Source: Macrostomum lignano
Lineage: Eukaryota
DNA length: 39,311 nt
Assembly (NCBI GenBank): GCA_002269645.1
Contig: NIVC01001108.1
Span: 62,306 to 101,616, forward strand
Direction: 5' to 3'
Within the stretch, counting starts at the first letter, position 1, and each line of letters starts with the position of its first letter. Below are positions 11,546 to 23,181 of this stretch, in pieces. A program made the translations under genes and the position numbers. The notes below the pieces were generated by a model, which made no database searches, was not told where the DNA came from, and saw nothing but the letters and a program-made list of their open reading frames with translations.

Positions 11546-13795
11546 CTCCTCAAAACTGCTTCGTAATACTGTATCTCCTGTAGCTCTGATTCCGTTTTAA
11601 ATTTACCTGGGTGTATTTTTGTCACGCTTGGCAATTAACAACTCGTGCGAAGATGCGATGCGAACGTGCGAAGATGCGACACTTCTGATTACATAACAAG
11701 CACAATATTATCTATTGTTGTATCACTGTCATAACATTCATATTTATAATTTATCATAAAATCATTAATACGCATAAATATGTAATGGTATTTATTTACA
11801 TTGTGTTGCGTCACAATTACTGTTGCTTGATCCAACTCACAGTTTGTCGTTTATTAATATTGCATTCCTTTTTAAGTTATTTACTGTATGTCTGCTTGTG
11901 CAATTTTTTAAACAATAACCCTATGAATTTTTGCGATAAATGATTGACTGTTGTTAACCGCGGTTTGAAACATTCCAGGCTATTGACATTTCAAAAATGT
12001 AATAATTACCTATAAATTTTATTTGTTTTACAAGCAATTTGTTTATCTAAACCGACACGTGTTTAAAGAGTAACACAATATTTATAACACATCGTTTTCA
12101 TTTTTATCATAAAAAGCAATCTGACATAGTGCAAAAATATGTACAATTATCAATATCTCAACTTTAATTATACATGTACTACATTTTTAAAGGCTTTAAA
12201 CTGTGTTTTCAAAACTTTGTAACTCTAGTCGTTATTTATCAGGTTAACGTATTTTGTTTTAAATAATAAACATTTTTAAATTTACAAAATTCGACAGCTT
12301 AAATTTGTCAATGAAATTTGATTGTTTAGTTTTACTAAGCTTTTGATCCAGATGTATTTTTAATCAGTTTATTAGTTAAAAAGCCATTTATACATTTATA
12401 AATGATAAATAATTCAAAAAGACACATTTGTATTTTTTGTTTTAATTCGCAGGGTATCCATTCAATTAATTATGAATGTAATAAATTATATTTAGGACAC
12501 TTAGACGATGTCTAATGTCCTCTTCTCATCAAAGTGTATTAGCAGGAGCATCTACAAATCTCAGCGACGTAGTATATATTACAGCATAACTGCAATTGTG
12601 TTGGAACCCAAAAGGTTAAACTACTATTCGACTGCAATTACAGCATATAAACAAGTCGCACAGCATGCTTGGTTTGAACGTATACATGTACATGCAGATG
12701 CAGTATACAAGTCAGCACTAAAACACTTGACTGAAAAAGCATAGAGCTTTTCACCTGCAGCAGTAAAACAATAACGAAAATATTAGGAAATTGGTGCATT
12801 CTATACATGTATATAGGTTGCTAGCTATGTCACACGTAGTACGCTCATTTTTTGTATAAATCATTTTGTACGTACTTGACACTATAGTTGGCCATTTATA
12901 GAAATACATGCGCATTTGCAATTCATGAGACAAATTAAAGAATAGACAGTTTAATTTGTCATTTAGCAAGAGCATACAAAGTACATTGTAATATGGACGG
13001 TTAAACACAATGTACCAGCCACCAATTCACCGCAGTAGACAGCCCATCAATCTTAGAACAATTTGTTTGTGGTATTGTTGTACGACAAATTTCTGGATTT
13101 TCTTGCATTGCACCAAACCTACCCGCACTGCGTGCTTCCTTATGCTCCGAATCAGTTAGAAATATGGTAACAAGTGATAAACTCGAAGCAACAGAAAGCA
13201 TTAATAATATCACTAGCACAGCTATCAGTGAGAACCAGCCGATTATTTAACTCAATTGACAATTGCCCACATCAATTTCCCGGTTCTGTAAATTCAGAAT
13301 TCAATTTGGTGAATAAGTCTATCTATCTGGTTTTTTGCTGCCATATTAAAGTTATGATCAGATACTTCATTTTTTAAAACGTTCCTCAATAACTTTGACT
13401 GTTACGTTTTGTCATCCTTTTTATTGTATCAAATGAGATTAAAGTTCGAAAGGTTACCAGAAATGCTATTAAAAATAGGATTTAAAATGTTAGCTACAAA
13501 ATGGTTTGAAAAAAACTTCTTTTACCGCAGTTAAACAAAGTAAATTCTCCTTATGTCTGCTTTTATGTTAAAAACTAAAAAAATGCATAAAATGCTGTAA
13601 ATAACTTATTCCCATATAGGAACCAGCAATAAAAGCAAGTTTTGCAACTTTATTTTCGGTCTTTAGCAAAAAATCCGAATCGTTTTTTGTAGCGTAAATT
13701 AACGAGCATTCAACCATTTTTATTGTCGTAAATCGTTATAGAAATCGTTATCCCGTAATAGTGCTTACTTGAGTTCACTTAATTTTCTAGAAACA

Positions 13796-16788
13796 ATGAA
13801 AAAGGCTTCGAAGGTTGTTAATCGGTAAGTGTTTCTATCTATGAGTTTTTATATCTTAGTTTTTTAAGTATGTCTAAACTAGCTACACCTAAGTATTCTT
13901 TTGACCTTGTTTTAAAATCCGAATCCTGTTTATCAGCTTCATTCTACAATACAAGTTCAAACTAACTATTTATTAATATTAAGCCTAGAGTAGAGACTAG
14001 CTAGTCATAACTGTACCAAAATGTGTATTAATGAAATTGATTGTAATTATAAAACACTAGCCTATTGAATTAAATATCAATTCTTGCAATCTTGTCTTTG
14101 TTGTTGTGTTATGGTGCTATATTTTATATATAAAGGGTGGCCCACAAAATGCACCTGATTTAAAGTAAAACAATAACTTTAGGCATTCCTTGGGTTTACA
14201 ATCACCTTCTATTTTGCCCATTTTGTTTTACAATGAACTTATAATTTGCTCATTGCAATGCAAAAATGGTATGTTCAAAACTAAAAAACTAAAAATACTA
14301 AATAAAATATGCTAAATACAAAGTGCTGTTTGTTGGATGATGCTTATATATCAGCTTTGGTATATAATCATTTGAATGTGTAATGCATATAAAAATGATT
14401 GTGAACCAAAGCTGGGTTAAAATTAATATTGTACATAATGCGTATATGCACTTAGGCCTTAAAGTAAAGGTAATATTACCAGCTTTGGTTTGGGATCATT
14501 TTAGCAGAGTGCATATATGGAAATAATTATAAATTAAAGGTGAAAGGGGATTTTGATGCCCTGAGTCTGGAATGAGTAGTGGTTTTCTGCATATGACTAT
14601 TTGTTATATTTGTCATTTGACATAATTTCTTATAGCCAGCTTTGGTTCATTATGTTTGATTTAAAATGTTAATAACTTTTGTTATATACAACCCAGGTTG
14701 CAGATAGTATGCATGGAACTTTCCAGCATACAAAACGGCCACCCTAAGTCCTTGGCATACACAATTGGCATACACAACCCCTGGCGCACTTTGTTGGTAT
14801 ACACTATTGACATACACAAGTAACACAGCCACGCATACTTTTTTGGCGTACAAATTTTGGTGAAAAAAATTCATGCCATGCATGAAAATTATAATGTAAA
14901 TTAACGTTTTTATGTAAAATAAAGGAAAATTTATATGTCAGTTTGCTTCTTTTAAATTAAAAATAAATAAAATTAGTGTAAATTTTTGCTAAGAGTATTA
15001 ATTTTGCATCATATTTTTTGTAGGTATAATTTAAGTTTGTTAAAATTGAAACAATTCATAATGTTGTAAAAACATTTTTTATACAAAAGCCTTTCTTAGA
15101 AAACTTTACTCATGACAACCAAATGACCTTTTTTTAGGAATTTTTGTTATACACTTTAGTGCAACTTTTTGTTTTTGGCATATACTGGCATACAAAGTCT
15201 TTGACGACCGAATTTTTTCTGGCGTATATGGGTACATGATCCGCATACCAGTATGCAACCAATGCTGACAAAATTTTAACATTGTATGTAAGTGCTTGCT
15301 TGCATATATAAATTTTGCAAATATAATGGTATACATATGGCAACCCAGGGTCCAAATTGTGTAGTAGTGTATACTGGAACAAGAATCAGAATCCTTATCT
15401 CAGGTAAATGTATGCCAAAAACAAAAAAAAATTCTTAAAAAATGTCATTCAATTTTCACGAATAGGCCTAGAGTTTCCAAAGAAAGGCTTTTGTATAAAA
15501 AGTCTATAAAATATTTAAAATATTTTCATTTTAAACAAATTTAAATTAAACCTACAGAAATAATAATGCAAAGTTTACATTCTTAGCAATCATTTACACT
15601 AATTTTATTTATTATTAATTTTAAAAAAAGCAAAAAGTTTATTACCAACTTTCTAGACTATATAAATTTTCCTTTATTTTATGTAAAAACATTAATTTAC
15701 ATGGAACACCAAAAAATTGGCATGAATTTGGGCACTAAAATTTGTATGCCAATAAAATTTGCAGGAATTTGTATGCAAACTTTGTAGGGATCATTTGTAT
15801 GCAAACTTTGTAGGGATCATTTGTATGCAAACTTTGTGAGGGGTCATTTGTATGCAAACTTTGTAAGGGGTCATTTGTATGCCGGAAGTTTGCCTACCAA
15901 TGTTTGCCTACCAGAAGTTTGCCTGCAAACATTTGCTCCCTTTCCAGCATCTGGATAGCAACCCCATAGTCAGGATCATGGCATGCCTGCACTGGAATGA
16001 TTTCAATCAAAAAAGTTTGATTGTGCTATTTGCCAGAAGAAATCTTATCAAAAAAGTTTGCTTGTACCATGCACCGGAACTATTCCTATCAAATAAGTTT
16101 TCTTGTACCATGTACCACAACTCTGAGAAAAAATGCAAAAATCAATAATTTTCTGTTTGAAAAATACTGGTAAAACTTGTATTTGAATCTGTTTCATAGA
16201 AAATGCAATGTTAATGTAAATTAATTAAAAGCGATCAATATATTGGCAAACAAAAAGTGCTAATAACAAGAAATTCTATATTTGTACATGCTTAATTTTC
16301 TGTCAAATAAAATATTGTCTTGTTAGAAGTTTTTTATTGCATCAAATTGTGCCAATTTTTTGTCTTGTGCTGTACTGCGTCAGATTTTTCTTCCTTGTAT
16401 GCTTTTGTGCTAGAATGCACTAGCGCAGCACACATTAAACCCCCCTTTTGTGACAAAAAAGGCTATCTTCCAGCAACCTTATGTTAAAATTTTGTCAACA
16501 TAAGTTGCAAATGACAAAAGTTATAACATTTTATATTAGGTATATTATGTGGGCCACCCTGTATAAGAATTATTAATTTTAGTATAGATTGTTTTGTCTA
16601 TTGTCAGTTTGTTTGCCAGAGGTCTATGCTATGGCAAATAGTTTATCCACTTAAACCTATAGCCAGGAAAGTGTCACAACATGCACTAGACCATTTGAAA
16701 ATTTTGCATGTTGCACTAAGTATCAATGTATATTCATAGAGACCCCAATATTACTATATTCTATCCATATACTAAAAATGGTCTGTCG

Positions 16789-16819
<31 letters not shown>

Positions 16820-19800
16820 ATCGATTTTAGCAAAAACAGCTCAACCAATTTTCTTTGAACTTGCACTGTTCAATCAGAAATTTTTCCGTGACGGTACATG
16901 CATTGTGGCTAAGAAGTTGCTCGATGCTAAAGGGATTAAATATTCAAAAAACATGCTTTTTTGCAAAGGTCAAGCAGCTCTTTCGACTTGAAATGCATTG
17001 TAAGAATGCTAGAGAAAAAAAAACTGACTGGTTGAATTCTGATTCTGAAATAGATTGCATCATCACAATAGGCTTTTATTCATCGTCTGTGTACTAGTTG
17101 AATTTTGACACTGAATTAAATTACGTCACAGTATTGAAAACGCAGTGTGGAAGCATAGCACAATACTTGATTTATCTTGCGTAACCATATTGCTAACTTT
17201 AATAGACTGGTACTGACTTGCCTAAGAAATTGATTATGTCAAAACTGCCTCGTGTAACTTTTACTCATTGACTTGGTGTGAGTGTTGAATTATAAGTGCT
17301 ACAAATTCATTTATAATTTCAATGAGTGCTAGCCTAGATGTAAACACACTGGACTGCTAATGCAGCTACCTGGGTTTGATTCTTAGTAGTGTATAAAAGA
17401 ATAAAAGTAGCAAATTTTTTTATTGAAAGCTTTTATTAAAAAACTAATATAAAAGACCTGGATTATGGATTATAAGCCAAGGATTATTGCACTTGATAAA
17501 CCAAAGATTACTGCGCTTGATAAACTAAGGATTACTGCACTTGATAAGCCAAGGATTATTGCACTCAATAAGCTAAGGATTACTGCACTTGATAAACCAA
17601 GGATTATTGCACTTGATAAACCAAGGATTATTGCATTTGATAAGCCAAGGATTATTGCACTCGATAAGCTAAGGATTACTGCACTTGATAAACCAAGGAT
17701 TATTGCACTTGATAAACCAATGATTATTGCACTTGATAAACCAAGGATTATTGCACTTGATAAGCCAAGGATTATTGCACTTGATAGACCAGAACTTATT
17801 GCACTTGATAAACCCCCTTACTGCACTTGATAAACCAAGGATTATTGCACTTGATAAGCAAAGGATTATCGCACTTGATAAGCCAAGGATTATTGCACTT
17901 GATAAGCCAAATATTACTGCGCTTGATAAACCAAGGATTATTGCACTTGATAAGCCAAAGATTACTGCGCTTGATAAACTAAGGATTGTTGCACTTGATA
18001 AGCAAAGGATTATTGCACTTGATAAGCCAACGATTATTGTACTTGATAAGCCAAATATTACTGCGCTTGATAAACCAAGGATTATTGCACTTGATAAGCC
18101 AAAGATTACTGCGCTTGATAAACTAAGGATTGTTGCACTTGATAAGCAAAGGATTATTGCACTTGATAAACCAAGGATTATTGCACTTGATAAGCCAAGG
18201 ATTATTGCACTTGATAGACCAGAACTTACTGCACTTGATAAACCAAAGATTACTGCACTTGATAAACCAAGGATTATTGCACTCGATAAGCCAAGGATTA
18301 CTGCGCTTGATAAACCAAGGATTATTGCACTTGATAGGCCATGGATTACTGCACTTGATAAACCAAGGATTATTGCACTTGATAAACAAAGGATTACTGC
18401 ACTTGATAAGCCAAGGATTACTGCACTTGATAAGCCAAGGATTATTGCACTTGATAGACCAGAACTTATTGCACTTGATAAACCCTCTTACTGCACTTGA
18501 TAAACCAAGGATTACTGCACTTGATAAGCCAAGGATTATTGCACTTGATCAACCAAGGATTATTGCACTTGATAAACCAAGGACTACTGCGCTTGATAAA
18601 CAAAGGATTACTGCACTTGATAAACCAAGGATTATTGCACTTGATAAGCCAAGGATTATTGCACTTGATAGACCAGAACTTACTGCACTTGATAAACCAA
18701 GGATTACTGCACTTGATAAACCAAGGATTACTGCACTTGATAAGCCAAGGATTTCTGCACTTGATAAACCAAGACTTGGCCCATCAAGTGCACTTGATAC
18801 AGTCATGCACAAAAGTAAGTACACCCCAAGCAAAAATTGAGAAAAACGGTTATAATTTCTGAACCGTCAGCTCTATTACGACAAAACTGCATCACAATGA
18901 TCCTTATTGACTGGCGCTTATTTTGACACATCAAGCTTTGAAAAACTCTTTGTGGCTAAGGAGCTGTGGCCAAAAATGCTCAAACACACCTGTGCAAAAG
19001 TAAGTACACCCTGTCTTAATACTTTGTAGCTCCGCCTCGTGCAGCCACCACAGCCAAGAGCCGCTTGCGGTAGCCATTCACCAGCGCAGCGCACCTCTCA
19101 GCAGGCACTTTCTGCCACTCCTCGATGCAGAATTCGGCCAATTCCCACAGATTCTTCGGCTTCCTTGCGTGAACCATCTTCTTGAGATCCATCCACAGCA
19201 TCTCGATCGGATTCAGGTCAGGGCTCTGGCTTGGCCACTCCATGACCTTGATGCGCCTCTGCTGCAGCCATCGCCGAGTTGCAGCGCTCGTGTGCTTGGG
19301 GTCATTGTCCTGCTGCAGTGTCCAAGCTCGTCCAAGACCGAGGTCATGCACTGATGACTACAGGTTTTCGTCAAGGATCTGCTGATACACGGCCGAATTC
19401 ATCTTCTCGGTGATGTGCATCAGCCTGCCGGTGCCAGCAGCTGCAAAGCAGACCCACAGCATGATGCTGCCGCCTCCGTGCTTGACTGTCGGCTTCAGGT
19501 GTTTCTGCTCAAATGAGGTGTTCGGCTTGTGCCACACGCACTGTTTCTCATTCCTGCCGAACAGCTCAATCTTGGTTTCATCAGTCCAAAGCACTGACTG
19601 CCAGTAGCTGTCCGGCTTGCTCAGCATTGCATTAGCGAACTGCAGCCTGGCATCGCGATGTCGCTGCTGCAGCAGAGGCTTTTTTCTTGGAATGCAGCTG
19701 CGGAGGCCCACGCGGTTTAGGGCTCGGCGAACAGTAGTCCTGTGCGGCAATAAGCCAGCTGCATTCAGCATCTGCTGCAGCTCACCTGATGTTGCATTCG

Positions 19801-22800
19801 GGTTTTGGCTGACCTCTTGCGTGAGTTTGCGCAGCACGCGAGCTGAAATTTTGCTCAGCCGGCCACTGCGAGGCAGAGATGCTGTGGTGCCATGCTGTTT
19901 GTACTTTGCGATGATGTGCCTAACTGTTGATACATGCACATTGAAGGCAGCAGATATCCGCTTGTAGCCATCGCCACTATTGTGAGCTGCTACAATGCGA
20001 TTTCTTAACTGAACTGACAGCTCCTGGCCTCTTAGCATTGTCCTGGCGTGTATCAAGTCAATGACGAAGCGGCTGCAGTGCACATGAGCTTTATAGTAGC
20101 ATGAAAACCAGTAGCTGAGCCGATTGAGGGCAAGGGCAAGCAGGACTAAAGTCGCTGGTGATGTAACAGGCAGTGAGGCAGCTGGCAATGTACTTGTGGT
20201 GGCTCGCATTTGCACAGAGGAGGTTATACTGGTAGTGAAGGGCAGGGTGTACTTACTTTTGCACAGGTGTGTTTGAGCATTTTTGGCCACAGCTCCTTAG
20301 CCACAAAGAGTTTTTCAAAGCTTGATGTGTCAAAATAAGCGCCAGTCAATAAGGATCATTGTGATGCAGTTTTGTCGTAATAGAGCTGACGGTTCAGAAA
20401 TTATAACCGTTTTTCTCTATTTTTGCTTGGGGTGTACTTACTTTTGTGCATGACTGTAGACCAAGGATTACTGCACTTGATAAACCAAGACTTACTGCAC
20501 TTGATAAGCCAAGGATTATTGCACTTGATAGACCAGAACTTACTGCACTTGATAAACCCCCTTACTGCACTTGATAAACCAAGGATTACTGCACTTGATA
20601 AGCCAAGGATTACTGCACTTGATAAACCAAGGATGACTGCACTTGATAGACTAGAACTTACTGCACTTGATAAACCAATGATTACTGCACTTGATAAACC
20701 AAGGATTACTGCACTTGATAAGCCAAGGATTTCTACACTTGAGAAACCAAGACTTACTGCACTTGATAAGCCAAGGATTACTGCACTTGATAAACCATTG
20801 ATTACTGCACTTGATTAACCAAGACTTACTGCACTTGATAAACCAAGGATTACTGCACTTGATAAGCCAAGGATTTCTGCACTTGACAAACCAAGACTTA
20901 CTGCACTTGATAAACCAATGATTACTTCAGTAGATAAACCAAGACTTACGGCACTTTATAAACCAAGGATTTCTGCACTTGATAAACCAAGACTTACTGC
21001 ACTTGATAAACCAAGGATTTCTGCACTTGATAGACCAAGACTTACGGCACTTTATAAACCAAGGATTTCTGCACTTGATAAACCAAGACTTACTGCACTT
21101 GATAAACCAAGGATTTCTGCACTTGATAAACCAAGACTTACTGCACTTGATAAACCAAGGATTTCTGCACTTGATAAACCAAGACTTACTGCACTTGATA
21201 AACCAAGGATTTCTACACTTGATAGACCAGAACTTACTGCATTTGATAAGCCAAGGATTACTGCACTTGATAAACCAATGATTACTGCACTTGATTAACC
21301 AAGACTTACTGCACTTGATAAACCAAGACTTACTGCACTTGATAAACCAATACTTACTGCACTTGTTAGACCAAGGCTTACTGTACTTGATTAACCAAGG
21401 ATTTCTACACTTGATAAACGAAGGATTATTGCACTTGATAAGCCAAGGATTACTTCGCTTGATAAGTCAAAGATTTCTGCACTTGATAAACCAAGACTTA
21501 CTGCACTTGATAAACCAAGGATTACTGCAGTTTATATACCAAGGATTACTGCACTTGATAAACCAAGGATTTCTGCACTTGATAAACAAAGGATTACTGC
21601 ACTTGATAAGCCAAGGATTACTTCGCTTGATAAGTCAAAGATTTCTGCACTTGATAAACCAAGACTTACTGCACTTGATAAACCAAGGATTATTGCAGTT
21701 TATATACCAAGGATTACTGCACTTGATAAACCAATGATTTCTGCACTTGATAGACCAAGGATTACTGTATTTGATAGACCAAGGATTACTGCGCTTGGCA
21801 AACAAAGGATTACTGCGCTTGATAAGCTTGGCTACATGTATGGGATTCTTTTTATCTAGGGATGTTTGCTTTTTATGGATTCTTGCTTGCTATGCTTGCT
21901 GTTTAGGTGGATGCTTCTACAATATTTGGGAAATGCTTGCTGCCTGCAGGATGCTTGCTATCTGCAAATGCTTGCTATCTGGGTGGATGCTTCTACAATA
22001 TTTGGGGGATGCTTGCTATCTGGGTGGATGCTTCTACAATATTTGGGGGATGCTTGCTATCTGGGTGGATGCTTCTACAATATTTGGGGGATGCTTGCTA
22101 TCTGCAGATGCTTGCTATCTGGGTGGATGCTTCTACAATATTTGGGGGATGCTTGTTATCTGCGGTTGCTTACTTTTGGAGGGGGTGCTTGCTATCTGGA
22201 GGGATGCTTGCTGTCTTGGGAATATTTTCTATTTAGAGGTAATGTTTGTTATCTTTGTGAAAGTTATATTTTGTTGTATATTTGTTAATTTTAGAAAAAA
22301 ATAGATTCATAGCAAATATCATTGTCCGTGACAATTTTACATGAATAAGGTGATTTTTAAAAGTTAAGAAGGAATTGGTGTTTAAGAAAATGTGCTTTTT
22401 TAATTGTTTTCCATTAACTATTTTTGCTCCATGCTTATTGGGCGCCCCGAAGGGGGCCGCACTAGATTGCTAGTCTACTACTAAAAATCATTTAATAGTA
22501 AATAAATACCATAATCTTGTGGATATGCCAGCTACATAGGAACATTTTTGATTGCCATAGAAGTTGCGCGTGGCATGCAGCCAGAAGTCATGCTTTATAT
22601 GTGGGGCCCATAAGGCATAGGAACAATAAAGGACTTTTTTGTAATTGCAACAATAAGACCTTTTTTGCTGTTGCAACAATAAAGGACCTTGCAGTTGTTA
22701 CAATTATATGCACTACATATTGATTATTTAAATTTATTTAGAATACCTTACATTTATAGAATTGTCATAAACAGTAGGTGTATCTGAAAGGATAGCTAAA

Positions 22801-23094
22801 GTCATACTTAGTGCATAGTATAGAAAGCATATAGTGAGTATTCAGTATGCCTATGTGTCTCGCAGGCTATCTAGCCCATTATAAGTATAAATACCCAGTT
22901 GCATTCCCTACAAACCTGGCTAGCACCATGACTACCTAGTTAGTTGTATGGGATGACATGCTCTTATTGCATGTGATGCAGAAGTGCTATTGCTACAGAC
23001 CAGTGGTAAACAGTAGCAATTGCAAGAAAGCATGTGTTGTAATGTTATGGCGCATCTCTAATATCCTCCATATGTTCTGGCAGAAAGACAAAGG

Positions 23095-23181
<87 letters not shown>

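Larger units (their letters stand above)
17465..21830. repeat. Large 24-bp minisatellite (GCACTTGATAAACCAAGGATTAYT)n, ~2.7 kb of repeat, split by a Tc1 insertion
   Basis: Runs 17465-18799 and 20457-21830. Variant units and higher-order duplications occur (e.g. a 144-bp, 6-unit block at 17911 and 18055). Confidence 0.97.

Noticed and set aside
13001-13219. Minus-strand ORF resembling a signal-peptide-bearing small protein
   Set aside because: Non-ATG start, no supported splice partners and no recognisable motif; compatible with chance in AT-rich DNA.
19358-19360. Programmed stop-codon readthrough in the transposase
   Set aside because: I know of no such mechanism in Tc1 elements; a single C-to-T change from CAG explains it more simply.
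20039-20290. 84-codon N-terminal extension of the transposase ORF
   Set aside because: It starts at a non-ATG codon inside the TIR. Tc1 homology and normal length (~340 aa) begin at ATG 20038.
17465-21830. Long ORFs with ALDKPRII / HLINQGLL octapeptide repeats, superficially LRR-like
   Set aside because: They arise from a 24-bp unit with two stop-free frames. Frames switch at 22-bp variant units, there are no splice signals or unique domains, the array lies in an intron, and a transposon interrupts it.
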